Below, piece after piece: positions 11,269 through 23,284 of a DNA stretch of 64,000 nt. Under the pieces are notes generated by a model. The model searched no databases. It worked only from the letters and a program-made list of their open reading frames with translations, and was not told the DNA's origin. A program made the position numbers and the translations under genes. Positions within the stretch are counted from its first letter, which is position 1; each line of letters opens with the position of its first letter. This DNA comes from Lepidodermella squamata (taxonomy: Eukaryota; Animalia; Gastrotricha), in NCBI GenBank assembly GCA_047495785.1, contig JBLDXI010000009.1, positions 5,394,001 through 5,458,000 of the forward strand, given 5' to 3'.

Positions 11269-12608
11269 TCAAGAACTAAACGGCAATTTTTCGAAGCGAG
11301 CCTGAATCCAAGATCTATACATTCGCAGTCTGCGAGCTCGATTGACCTAAGCAAAGAACACAGCGTAATATTTGAACTAGAAAAAACTCATTTCTTCAAG
11401 CTTACGATGAGCCTCCGATCTTCGAATAACAGCAACTTTTTAGTGATAGGTCTTTCAGGACTGAAAGCTTCAGTCATAAAAAATTTCTCGACTTCATCCA
11501 ACGTGAAAAAATAAGAAGTCGTCCCATCTCGCCTTAGATATAAATTCTGGTCCAAAGCTTGACCGGGCTTGAAAAAAAAACGAAAATCTTCAAAATTCTA
11601 TAATAAAATTGATTTTTTTCACTCACCTTGAATCTTAATTGAGCCATGTCAAAGCGGCCATAATCGCGGAACAGAATAATTCCACCTGGTTTGACGTATT
11701 TTACTAGATTTTTGATCACTTGAGCGTGACATTCGGGCCGAATAGCTGATAAAACGAAGACCAGAGTCAACAAATCGAGCGATTCTTCCGCTAGGCCATT
11801 CGCTTCGAAATTAGCCGCCATTTGAGACTCGTCGGTTATATCACAGACAAAAGCGTGAATTTGGTTTTGGAATTCGATGTAGGTCGGATGTTTCTGGTAA
11901 TTTAGAATATAAGCATAAATTAGGCCAAGGAAGCCAATGATTATGATAAAAAAAACAACGGATTTCTCGTTTATCTTTTCAAATTTTCAACCATACTTAA
12001 TTCTGTTCGAATTCTCGATGAGAATATTTCAAATTTCATATTTATGATACTTCTGTATCGCTTTGATTATGGAAATATGAAAGAAATCGGCCTATTCATG
12101 AAATCGGCAGTAAAATATTTACCTTTAACATGTCGATGGCAACTGAAGAATGATCGCATGCGAAAACTTGCAATGCCGACTCCTTATTTTCGTCCAATAA
12201 CGGGAATATCGCATTTCCAACGCCACAGCCGACCTCGAGAAGGCGAAGATTTGACTGGTCCCGGCCTTTCATCAGATCCGGAAATTCCAACTGCAACCAG
12301 TGGCGATCTTTAAAAAATTTCGACTCGTGATTCGAATAAAATTTATCCCAGGAACTAGCTTGACTGTTCAAGTGATTATCTAGAAAAAGAGCGATATTTT
12401 TCGTGTCATCCTATAATCTTTTGAAAAGCTAACCAACTTCTTCTTTCTCGAGAGTTACGACGCTGTTGGCAGAAACTTGAGCTTCAGCTTCAGCGCGCAT
12501 TTCTTCTGTCCACTCAACCTGATCCCAGGAGTTGTACTTCCAAACATCCTCATCAGTCGTTAAATATCGAGTCCCGAATTGCGGTTTTCTCTCTTCTTCC
12601 ATTCTCAT
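11269..12608 (-). CDS. METTL2: tRNA N3-methylcytidine methyltransferase (METTL2/Trm140 family), multi-exon
   Basis: FGTRYLT..VWKYNSWDQVEW, WDKFY..HESKFFKDRHWL..EFPDL, LEVGCGVGN, LFRDYGRFDMAQLRFK, YRSWIQARFEK motifs across exons. Confidence 0.92.
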
Positions 12609-12651
12609 AAAAAAATCTAGAAATTTCCAAATTGATACTGATTTATTTGAT

Positions 12652-14106
12652 TCAAGCAAATGTTATTTTTCTTCGCATTCTCTCACGTGATCGAGGCGAT
12701 TTCTGTGCCTTTCGGTTATTTTTCCCATTTCCGTGGTTTGTATTATAGCGATTAAAATCATCATCCATTTCATGATTTTTCCGCCAATTATCCTGACGTC
12801 GCTTCTTCTCGCCGCGAGTTTGAAACCGGTCAAATTTATTCTGATTATCATAAGTCTTTTTATGTCGAAATTGGGAAGAAGAATCCGAGAATCTTCCCCT
12901 TTTAGGCGTGCTGCTGTAATGAACATACGGTCTTTCTTCCTCATCACTTTCATCAACCAAAATCGGCTCTTCGGTTTCATTCGAATCAATCTCGAGGCAT
13001 GGAGTCTCTTCGATTTCATCATTCGTCGTGTAGGTTGAAATGAACGGAGATTTCAGGAATCTGGCGGCAGCTGGGCGCTGGTCCCAAGTGCATTCAAACC
13101 CGAAATGGCCTTTCCGCCCGCAGATGAAGCAAAATCGCCGGTCGTTGATCGTTACTAGGCTTTTCGTACTAATAGGATCGTCAATCAACTCGTGATCTAC
13201 AGTTGCGTGGTACATTCGCCACAGATCAGGACAAGCGGCTGATAAATGACCTGGAATTCCGCATCGAAAGCAGATTCGACCACGAATCGAGCCGTATTCA
13301 GGGCATTCCATCAACTTATGACCACAATCTCCGCAATTTGAGCAGCGCAAATTTGGGCAAACAAGTCTAGGAGGGCCGCGGATGAGCCAAGATCGAGGAT
13401 GGTGGTCTTGCCTACCGCAAGTTGTGCAAACTTCTTCCTCAGGATTGCCAGAATACGCGTACATATTGAACCGTTTTCGCTCTTGAGGGCGGAGAAGGCA
13501 CGCTTTCGATAAATGAGAAGAGTCGCCACAGAGATAACAATAAAAATCAACCTTATCATCGGCTCGAAGAGTTTCGATAATTGCGGTTACTTTGCCTTTT
13601 GATTCTCCTTCTAATTCAAAATAACGACGTTTCGTCGCAGTTCGAAATGTCGGTCGGGCGAATGATGCCTGCTGCTGTCGAACGCTCATCAAAGGATGGT
13701 ACTTGCTGTTCTTCGTCGAAAGCGCTATCGAAGTGCCGAAATTAAATTGCATGTTCAACGGCAGAGCCTTTTTCGGTTGAAAATCGCTAAAATCTGAATC
13801 TGAGTCTGAAGAATTATGATCAACAAATCTGTCGTTGTTAGTCGATGTTGATGAGGATGTAGATGACGACGGGTTCGTATCCGACAGAGTGACAACTTCT
13901 TCGTGTTTTTCAGTAGTATCTGTAGCCACATTCTGCTTGGCGGAGTAACTTTCACCGGTTTCCGCGTCATTTTTGTAATAGATTTGGCTATATAAATAAT
14001 TTTCGAGTTCTTCCTCGTTCATTGATGATGATCCCGTTGACTGATTATCGTCCGCATCTGCTGTATTGTCGATCGCCGAGTCATCAGCATCTTCTCCACT
14101 GAACAT
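12652..14106 (-). CDS. ZCCHC7: Zinc-knuckle protein, ZCCHC7/Air1-Air2 family (TRAMP RNA-binding subunit), single exon
   Basis: Several CX2CX4HX4C knuckles, CPDLWRMYH linker motif (family IWRxY), N-terminal LENYLYSQIYY. Confidence 0.8.
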   Translation of the reverse strand: MFSGEDADDSAIDNTADADDNQSTGSSSMNEEELENYLYSQIYYKNDAETGESYSAKQNVATDTTEKHEEVVTLSDTNPSSSTSSSTSTNNDRFVDHNSSDSDSDFSDFQPKKALPLNMQFNFGTSIALSTKNSKYHPLMSVRQQQASFARPTFRTATKRRYFELEGESKGKVTAIIETLRADDKVDFYCYLCGDSSHLSKACLLRPQERKRFNMYAYSGNPEEEVCTTCGRQDHHPRSWLIRGPPRLVCPNLRCSNCGDCGHKLMECPEYGSIRGRICFRCGIPGHLSAACPDLWRMYHATVDHELIDDPISTKSLVTINDRRFCFICGRKGHFGFECTWDQRPAAARFLKSPFISTYTTNDEIEETPCLEIDSNETEEPILVDESDEEERPYVHYSSTPKRGRFSDSSSQFRHKKTYDNQNKFDRFQTRGEKKRRQDNWRKNHEMDDDFNRYNTNHGNGKNNRKAQKSPRSRERMRRKITFA

Positions 14107-14666
14107 TTAAAACTCGTATAAATTATGTGCCGGATAAGTAATTATCTGATCTACAATATGAAAATCAGAAATTCACAATCAGAAATGTGGAACGGTTCAT
14201 GCTACTTCGAGTTCCATCTAAAATTCAAGCAGATGCGCGTGAACACATAGTTACGCTTCAACTGAGACTAAAATGATATCATTTGACATGGTTACACTTA
14301 AAGCATGCAATTAGCCAGAAGTAATTAGCTTTCAACGTTTGAAAGTAATTCTGTACCAATAAAGAGACAAAAGTGTGACTTCAGCAGCAAGTAATAACTG
14401 GCGATTACGCGACGATTTGCAATTACCAGTGCGGCAATTCAGCAAACAGATGACCAGTAAAGAAATCGGGAGCACGCAAAAAGAGACTAAGTGAGAGTCA
14501 GGAACCTCAGGTAAATCAGTGTAACCAAGACCGCTATTCTTGAGAAAACACCTCGGAGAGAGCGAATAGCGCGTGTTAATCATTTGTTTTTGACAATCAC
14601 AAAAGAATAAAATAATTTTGGATGAAAAATCGCATTAAAAATACTTTTTAACAATTTAATAAAAAA

Positions 14667-14682
14667 GCGCGGCAAATTTGAG
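14667..14682 (+). promoter_or_regulatory. Candidate E2F/CDE-CHR cell-cycle element upstream of the Ki-67-like gene
   Basis: GCGCGG-CAAA-TTTGAG: CDE-like GC box, 4-nt spacer, CHR-like hexamer (one mismatch to TTTGAA); reverse strand reads TTTGCCGC (E2F consensus TTTSSCGC). Confidence 0.4.
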
Positions 14683-15048
14683 TTTTGGCAAAGTCAAGAG
14701 GGGCTTAGGCGCTTAGCGAACTCTGCGGCTTAACGTTTCTGCCGTCCTACCTCCGGCCTCCCCGCGATAAAGCTATTTCGCGATGGCCCGTGGCCCAGAG
14801 TAATCGATGTTAGGTATTTTCAACTCGGGGCATTGAAATTATGTGCGTTATGCGTTATATTAGTCCATCATTTTCCTTGGCATCGTGTGTCGTTCGATTT
14901 TTGTCTTGTTGTTTAGGCATGTCGTGTGATGTGCTTGATTCATTTGCCGATAAGTATATTTCTTTATCGAAAGCAACCGCAAAACCATCACTTGTGACTA
15001 ACGAGATGCTCTCAGCTCAGCCTTCAGCCCAGGAATACGGAATACCTC

Positions 15049-15414
15049 CAGTGGCGTAGGTAAACTAAAAGCCTCGGGGTTGCAAGGTGTCGCCAACCAT
15101 CATTTTGGGTAGTGTCAATTTTGTCGCCACCTTCAAAAATGGGCCGACGCAATACTAATACGCTCAGGTGCGGCTATAAAAACCTTGTATTTGAGCGATT
15201 TGAGCACAGAACTAAATTTTGAAAGCAAACAAAGGGAAATATCGAGGAAAAAATGTTCTTCCCAGTGTCGCCACTCGAAAAAGTGTAAGAGGGTCCCCTC
15301 TGTGGTCGCCTTTCAAGTGTCGCCAACCCTCATTTTTTTTGGGGGGGGGGGGGGGGGGGGGGTGAAGACTGGGGTTGCGGCGCAACCCCGTGCAACCCCT
15401 TACCTACGCCACTG
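15049..15414. mobile_element. hAT-type MITE
   Basis: TIR CAGTGGCGTAGGTAA / TTACCTACGCCACTG with perfect 8-bp TSD AATACCTC (15041-15048, 15415-15422). Confidence 0.9.
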
Positions 15415-15756
15415 AATACCTCCAGAAATGGTACATGGGCTTTGACTCCATACTTCATACTTCATCCACCCAAACACAGCTCCGCTAACTTATTTTGAAC
15501 GTGGAACTTGGTCATCCTACTTCCTAGTAATGTATTATAAAATATTCTTCATCTCTATCATTTGGGACGTTTATAATAAGAACTTATCAATTTGATATTT
15601 CAAAAAGATGAGTCTCAAGGTGGGTCTTGGTTGAATTTTCATTGGCTAGATGATGGATGACCACTGGTTTAATTCGAGAGAGACCTGGGGTAGTGTGTTG
15701 TGTACTTATTTGCTTTCTGTTTCCTTGCTTATTTGTCATGTCGCCTTTGCTTAGAA

Positions 15757-18700
15757 ATGGAAAACGTTTTAAAACAATTCGACCCGTTTTCTCCATCCCC
15801 ATCTCCTGCCGGCAAAACTCCGAAAGCATCGTAAGTTTCAAATCATAGATAGCTTGACCACATTAAGCATTTGCTGTGTCTCACAGGCATAACAATGAAG
15901 CGCCAGGTTCCACTCGTGGCATGCTGCTGCGAGAAAACAACGGTAAATACTATCTCGAAAATTTTGACTTCTCCGGAAATCCAGCCTCCGTCAACGGGAA
16001 AGCAGTTGCTCCTGGTTCGGCTGTAGCCCTCAAAGACGGCGACTCAATTCAGTTAGGCGGCGCCACGCCGCTCAAATTCACCTATGTAAGCTGCTGAAAG
16101 TTTTGCATGTATTTAAATTCACATGCTTTGATTATAACAGGCGGCAATGGGGCCTATGTCTTCAGTGCAGAAGTCAGTTCATTTTAATGACAGATCCCCA
16201 AAGGTATTTGAACTGACTCCTGATCAACGTGGTTCCGAACACAAATCGCTAAAAGGTAAATAGGCTGGGCGATGCTCCTTGATTGAGGCTAATTTTTTGC
16301 TTCATTTAGGTCGTAGACAAACTCCTATTAGCGGTTTCTTGGCTAAAGCAGCCGAATCTCCCAGCAAGTACGCTTCTATACGCCGAGAGCGGCCACTTGG
16401 CACCAAGAGCAGCTCAGTTGAACGCCCATCTCGGCCAAATTTTGTCAAAGTTGTTACACCTCAGAAGAAATCATCTAGTCTCACTCGACCCCAAAGCGCC
16501 CTAGTAAAACGATCGAACACAGTTGAAGATTTAACCCGAGTTCCTTCCTCGGAGCCTCGTGGAAATGGCTTCAAGAAAGCAGTTGCCCAACCGAAAAAGG
16601 CGATTATCACTCCTTCGAGAAATCGAATTGCAGGGGTTACGCCAGTTGTTGATTCTAAGAAGGTAAATTCAGATTTTTTATTAAATTCTTGAGTAGTTCA
16701 ACCATTGTATTCCAGAGAACCGCCTTTCCCCGGTTCAATCCGGTCCCCTCGGCCTCGAAAAGTGAGTCACGAGTTCAATTCGCGTTGAACAACCGGAGAC
16801 AAATCACCACCCACTCGGCTCAGCGAACGTTAGTCCGGCCATCGCACAGCTCAGTCGATATGTACGCACCCCATTCGCCCGAGGACATGTCTCTGGCTAA
16901 CGTCAGTGAATGGCAAGATCGAACAATGTCACCAGATGATGACGAAGAGGAGGAAGTGCTGACGTTAGAAACCTCTCAACTCGAGTTGAACAGACGACTA
17001 TCGACTCATAACGAGGTTTTGACCGACGAAGATCAAATGACGGATGAAGAGCCGGTTTCGAAAACCCCGGTTGAACCAGCGACTGGTCGTCAGTCGAGGC
17101 GAAACTCGTTTTCTCGAAGGAGCCTGGTCGAAGCGAAGAAAACCCCGGTTTTCCTATCGCCCCCAGCCCCGAAGAGCGCCGATATTCGTAAACGGGCCTC
17201 ATCCGCCCCGAAGACACCCGTTTTAGTCGAGGAACCTGAGCCGACTGAGGCGATCGAAGAGCCGAAAGTCGCGCCTAGGAAGAGTATGCCTCGACGCCGG
17301 TCTCAGGTTAGCTTAGCACCTAGAACTCCCGTTGTAGTCGAGGAGGAAGAACCGAAATCAGCCGATGAATCAATTTCGCCTCGAAAATCGATTGCTTTCG
17401 AGATCGCAGCGCCTAAATCGGGCCGGAAATCGATAAAACGCGCTTCGATGGCCCCAGAGATCACCCAAATCGCTGTGAATTTGGACGAAACTTACGAATT
17501 GATCGACGAACCAGCTGTTGAAGTATCGAAAACTCCGGCTAGGGAGAACTCGCTGGAGATTAAATCGCCAGAATTCCTTGCCTCGGCGAAGAAAACGCCG
17601 AAAAATGACGTTTCTATGCTTTCACCTGGCAAGAAAACGCCGAAGAAAGTCGAGCCTGTCACGCCATTTGTCGCTGATATCTTCAAATCTCCGGAGCAGA
17701 AAGCGAAAAAGGCGAAGCAAGTCGACCCGGTTACGCCGTTTGTTGCTGACATTTTCAAATCACCAGAGCGTAAACCGCCGAGTTCTGCGAAAAAATCGGA
17801 AGTTAGTGCCTCGCCTGCCCCTAAAATGGACGTCGAGATTCTGAATTCGGCTATAAAGAGCGCGAAAAAATCGAAAAATCTCGATCCTGTGACTCCGAAT
17901 GTTGCAGAAATGTTCGCCTCTCCCCAACCTAAACTCGCTTCCGAGACTCCTAAACCGAAAACTGAGGCGAATTCTGCTAAGAAGGCGAAGAAAATCGACC
18001 CGATTACGCCGTTTGTCGGTGAAATGTTCAAGTCTCCTGAGCCGAGTATTGCCTCAGAGCCGCAAAACTCGGTTAAGAAGAGCGCGAAAAAAGCGGCCAA
18101 AGTCGACCCAGTGACTCCGAAACTCGACTCGGAAACTCCTAAGCCTCAAGTCGTCCAGCAAAATTCGGCTAAAAAGAGCGCGAAGAAATCGAAAACTCTC
18201 GAGCCTGTTACGCTTTATGTTGGAGAAATGTTCGCTTCTCCCGTACCTGAATTGAATTCGAAGACTCCGATACAGCCAAGCTCTGCCAAGAAGAAGACGA
18301 AAAACAATGAACCAGTCACGCCTTATGTTTCCGAAATTTTCGCATCGCCTCCGCCAAAGATGAATCCTGAAACACCAAAGCCGCAAAATGAACCGGCTTC
18401 AGCCAAGAAAAGTGCGAAGAAGTCGAAAAATCTTGAACCCGTGACTCCCTATGTCGGAGAAATTTTCGCCTCTCCAGCACCTAAAATCGGTTCAGAGACT
18501 CCGAAGCCGCTTAATGAGCCGAGTTCAGCCAAGAAAAGTGCGAGAAAATCGAAAGCTGTCGAACCTGTTACGCCACACGTCACCGAAATTTTCGCATCTC
18601 CGGTACCTAAAACGATTCCTGAGCCAAGCTCTACCAAGAAAAAGTCGAAGAATCTCGAACCAGTGACGCCTTACGTCGCCGAAATTTTCGCATCTCCGGT

Positions 18701-21700
18701 CCCTAATTCGTCGAAAACGCCGAAAGTGAAGCAGTTCGAGACACCTCAAGCTCAACAGGCCGATCAATCGATGCTTTCACCGGTGAAAAAGAGCGGCAAA
18801 AAGGCGGATTTGACCACTCCGGTTGTTCAAAACGAGTCGATTCTCAAGTCGCCGGTTCAAAACCGCTCAATCCTGGTCTCGCCCGGTGCGAAAAACGCCA
18901 CGCCAAAGGTCGAAATTTCAGCATCTCCAGCGGTGAAAAGCGCGAAAAAATCGGCGAACGCGTCGTTTTCGGCTTCTCCAGCTGCAAAATCGCCAATTGT
19001 CATGAATTCGGGTAGAAAATCAGTTGGAGCCACGCCTCTGGTCGAAACTGTTGAAGAACCGGAAGTTATCGAAAAAACTCCGGTAAAACCCGATTCGCCT
19101 GGTCAAAATTCGTCGTTTTTGCGGCGAAAATCGGCGAAACGGTCTCTGGGCGTGAAATTTGCCGAGGAAACTTCGCCAGTCCCAGTTTTGGCTAAGAAAT
19201 CCGCAATTCCACCCCGCATGCAGTCGACGCCCGCTAATCTGGCGCACCGGTTCCGGCCGAGTGTCGGCGCCAGCCCGGGTCAGCGGGGCAGTCTTCGAAA
19301 ATTGATGCTGAAACGCATGGTCGAGACGCGGAAACCCGAAGTTTCACCGGTAACCACGCAAAACGACGAGCCGAGCACTTCAAAAGCTGTGAAACGACCG
19401 ATCAATAACCCAATCACGCCTGACCCGATCGCCTTGAAGCGAATTTTCGGGGAGAAGAAGCAGAGAAAGTCGCTGAAAATGGAACCGGGCGCGGTGAGCC
19501 GGCTGTTCGAGTCGGAAAAACCGCCAAAAATTCGCAAGTCGCTGTCTTCGGTGCTGTCGCCCACGACTATGAAGCGCATGTTCGGCGTGAAGCGGCACCC
19601 GGTCAAGGGCCCGGTGGAACCCGACCGCGGCCAGATGCTCAAGGTGTTTCATGTGAAGGAGGCGCGGCGGAAGCCCGAAGAAATGGTCAGTCCTCTGCCT
19701 ATGCAGCGGCTGTTCGCGAGCAAAGAGGCGAAGAAACCGCAACCACCTGTTGATTTCGAGTCGCCCAACGCGCTGCGCCGCATTTTCGGCGAGAAGAAGC
19801 GCAGGATTACAGATGAAGTCCTTGAAGTTGAGCAGGTCTTGCCGGAGCTGTTTGTTGTTGAGGATGAAGAGGCGGTGAAGGCCAAGGCGAAAAGTGCGAG
19901 ATTTGCAGAGCCGATTGTCCAAAAAACTCCAGAGCACATTTCGGCGAAATTTGAAAATTCGTTGGATGAGGTTGAAGAAGAAGTTGAAATTCCTAAATCG
20001 ACGGCTCGTAAGGGTCGCAAGAACCAGGAAGTGGCCGAAATTCCGAAGGCCTCAGCTCGCCGGGGTCGAAAACCGGCGGATGTTGAACCAGAAGCTGAAA
20101 TTCCCGCCGAAAATACCGAAGTCCAGAAATCGGTACCGCGCCGGGGTCGAAAACCCGTTGAAGCCGAGGTCGAACCCGAAGAACCACCTGTTGAATCGGA
20201 AAATACCGAAACTTTGGAAGAACCCGAAATTCCGAAATCGGCACCACGCCGGGGTCGAAAACAACCTGAACCAGAGCCCGAAGTTGAAATTACCGAAAAA
20301 CCTCGCCGGGGTCGAAAACCTGCTGAAACTGCTCCCGAACCAGTTGAAGAACCGGTGGCCGATAAGCCGAAACGTGGCGGCCGTGCTGCGGCGAAGAAAC
20401 CCGAAATTGAACCCGAGCCAGTCGAACCGGTAGCTGAAAAACCGAAACGAGGCGGTCGAGCTGCTGCGAAGAAGCCCGAGGTCGAACCAGAGCCGGAGAA
20501 ACCTGTTGAAGAACCGGTTAAAACCGGCCGCCGGGGTCGTAAGGACCCGGAGGTTGCTCCTGAGCCGGAGGTGGTTGCCGAAGAATCGGTTAAGGAGCCG
20601 GAAAAAATTGAAGAGCCTGCGAAACCAGTTCGAAAGGGTAGGAAGAACCAGGAGGTCGAGCCTGAGCCGGTTCCTGAGCCTGAAAAACCGACCCGCCGCG
20701 GTCGGAAGGTTGAACCCGAGGCGGAAATCGCGGCTCCTGAGCCGGAGCAGAAGCCAAAGCGAGGTCGTAAAATTGATGTCGAACCGGTTGCTGTTGCTGC
20801 TGCTGAGCCGCCTGTGGTTGTTGAAGCTGTTCAGAAGCCGAAACGAGGCCGAGCTGCGGCGAGCGTTGAGGTGGTCGAGGCTGAGAACGTGGCTCCTGAG
20901 CCGGTTGTCGAAGCGCCCAAGGCGAAGCGAGGCAAGGCGGCTGCGGCGAAGAAAGAAGCCGAACCTGAACCCGCGGAAATCGTAAGAATTTAAAATAAAA
21001 TTTAAACCTAAATTAGATTTCTTCAAAATATACCGTAATTTTCAGTATAAAGGCCGCGGCGAGTAATTTTCCTGTTTTTCGAGAAATGGGTCAATGCGTC
21101 AAAATTGCGGCGATTAATCGGGTGCGGTCTTTATTCGAGTTCGGCCCTTATTTTTCCCAAGTTTCGATTTTGATAGGCAGCATCGTATTTCCCGTGAAAA
21201 TCAGCTTGCAGGCGTATGCATTAAATTATTTGGTCACTTTCTGACACTCCTAAGGTGAATTTAATCTGTTAGCATACTCGAGAGGGTGTCTGGAGTCTAT
21301 AAAGGGTGTCAGCGGGCGGCTTAAGGTCGCTGAGACCTAATCGCTTGAACCGTGCGGTGATTAAACGAGTGCGGCCTTTATTAACATCCAAAGTTCGTTT
21401 TAAGGGTGATTTTGCGGCGATTATTCAGGTGCGGCCTTTATTCGGGTAGCGGCCTTTATACTGAAAATTACGGTATTTCAATTTTTTTGAGTTTGAAAAA
21501 TTATCAAATATTACTGTAAACCAAAAATAATTGAGTTTTTTCAATGAACAATGGTAAATTTTTCGTTGGTTGAAATTTTTATTCAAATAAAATAATAATT
21601 TTCTCAATTTTGAAAATGATTTTGATTTCCTTGTATCGCAATTTATAAAATTTCGTTTTAGTTTTTTCAATCGATATCTACCGTCAAGAATGTATCATTT

Positions 21701-22025
21701 TCCAATTAAAAAGAAAAAATTCAAATATGGGCGAAATTTGATTTTTCGATGAAAAAGCCCAGTTTTTATCACGCCAAATTGTTTAAAATTTGAAAATGTT
21801 ATTTTCAAGGTTGAACAGCCTGCTGAGCCGAAACGAGCCCGCCGTGGCGCTAAGGAACCGGCCGTCGTCGTCGAAGAGTCCGAGCAGTCGTCGAAAGTGC
21901 CGCGAAAATCTACAGTTCGAGTGACTCGCGCCATGGAACGCAAAGACACGACGAAGCCGACCAGCGAAGAAAACGTCTCTGCCCAGCCAACCGAAGCGAA
22001 ACGCACCCGAGCGGCTCGTAAATAA
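15757..22025 (+). CDS. MKI67: Ki-67-like protein (FHA-like N-terminus, RVxF motifs, TP/SP repeats, RRGRK repeats)
   Basis: FHA C-half YLENF..NPASVNG..VALKDGDSI; KSVHF and RVQF PP1-docking motifs; nine repeats of EPVTPxVxEIFxSP; exons joined in frame by GT-AG introns; last exon ~21810-22025. Confidence 0.65.
21033..21473. mobile_element. Tc1/mariner (pogo-like) MITE in the last intron of the Ki-67-like gene
   Basis: TIR CCGTAATTTTCAGTATAAAGGCCGC at both ends, TA target duplication, internal GCGGCCTTTATT subrepeats. Confidence 0.85.
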
Positions 22026-22551
22026 ATTCGAAACCAGGAAATTTGTCGATTGACTCCATCGAGTCCATGTTAGTCATTGTTTAGTCATTATCGTAGATAA
22101 TTTGATACTATTTAACCGCTTTTAGTCTATTTCTACCTTCGTAGCTGTGTACAATGTGTTGTTGCCGCATGATTGAATTTCAAATTCCAATTGTAAAAAA
22201 TAGTCGCTGAAGCCATTCGGTTGATTTATTGTGACTTTCGCTAGAATTCGCCTTGCCTGCCTTCATTTTTACCTTGCTTGATACTAATTGTCAACTGCCT
22301 ACCAATCTACACCTGCCTTCTAGCCATTTTTGTAATTATGATGCAATCATTTTACTGGACATTTTTTCGGTTTTCTCATTGCTCATCCATGATAACAACA
22401 AGTAACTTGTTCGTCGCAGTTAATTCGAAATTAATAAAAGCTACACAAGCTCGACCGTATCACGTCTCATTTTCAAAGGTTTTTGAGGTGAAAAAGTCTC
22501 AAACCAGTGATACTGGCTGAAATCTAAAATATTCGATAAATAATCTGTCAA

Positions 22552-22624
22552 GCCGAGAAAGCTCAGTTGGGAGAGCGTTAGACTGAAGATATAAAGGTCC
22601 CTGGTTCGATCCCGGGTCTCGGCG
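22552..22624 (+). tRNA. tRNA-Phe(GAA), atypical (A at position 8, anticodon-stem mismatch)
   Basis: GCCGAGA..GCTCAGTTGGGAGAGC..CTGAAGA..GGTTCGATCC cloverleaf. Confidence 0.8.
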
Positions 22625-22677
22625 GCTCTTCAATTTTTACACCCGACGCTAAAAGTCCAGACAAAAAAGGTGACAAC

Positions 22678-22763
22678 TCCCGCGAGGCGGACTTGAACCA
22701 CCGACCTAAGGATTGCTGCGTTACATCTACAGTCCTCCGCTCTACCAGCTGAGCTATCGCGGG
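22678..22763 (-). tRNA. tRNA-Tyr(GTA) with ~13-nt intron
   Basis: CCCGCGATAGCTCAGCTGGTAGAGCGGAGGACTGTAG-intron-ATCCTTAGGTCGGTGGTTCAAGTCC. Confidence 0.93.
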
Positions 22764-22859
22764 TTTGCTGAGCCGCAGTGCCGGAATAAACAATACCAAC
22801 CTGATTCTTGACAAGTTTAGGCTCAACGTGGGATGCGCTCTATTACAACAAAAAAGTTA

Positions 22860-22933
22860 TGGCCACTGGGAGGATCGAACTCACGACCTTCGCGTTATTA
22901 GCACGACGCTCTAACCAACTGAGCTAAGCGGCC
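22860..22933 (-). tRNA. tRNA-Ile(AAT)
   Basis: GGCCGCTTAGCTCAGTTGGTTAGAGCGTCGTGCTAATAACGCGA cloverleaf. Confidence 0.93.
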
Positions 22934-23023
22934 AGGTGAAAGCAAAGGCCCCGCTTGGCGATTTGAAGGTATATCAGTGAAGGTGATTTGGGCTACTGAT
23001 ATAGCAAAATGTGACATTCAGTC

Positions 23024-23095
23024 AGGCTCAGGGGGGGATCGAACCCTCGATCTTCTGCTTACTAGGCAGACGCTCTACCACTAAGCTACTGAGCC
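23024..23095 (-). tRNA. tRNA-Thr(AGT)
   Basis: Anticodon arm TCTGC-CTAGTAA-GCAGA, T-loop GTTCGATCC. Confidence 0.9.
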
Positions 23096-23202
23096 GACGT
23101 GACGTTCATTGAAATCGATGACTCTTGCCAAGGTTAACAGGCATAAAAGGTGGCAAATGTGACAAAAAAATAAAAAATAAAAAATAAAACAGTAAAAATG
23201 AG

Positions 23203-23284
23203 CGTCGCCAGTAGGATTCGAACCTACGCGCGGAAACCGCATCTGATTTCGAGTCAGACCCCTTAACCACTCGGGCATAGCGAC
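23203..23284 (-). tRNA. tRNA-Ser(CGA)
   Basis: Anticodon arm TCTGA-CTCGAAA-TCAGA, long variable arm GCGGTTTCCGC. Confidence 0.93.

Noticed and set aside
14745-14800. HDV-like ribozyme or RNase MRP candidate
   Set aside because: P3 pairing around TCCCCGC fails, and no matching CR-I (GAAAGTCCCC) partner exists for the GGGGC tract
15341-15362. Poly-G run as a functional G-quadruplex
   Set aside because: It lies inside a hAT MITE; such runs are common in these elements and homopolymer length is unreliable
16903-21026. Numerous long overlapping or antisense ORFs within the Ki-67-like gene
   Set aside because: Shadow frames of a low-complexity repetitive exon; no independent motifs
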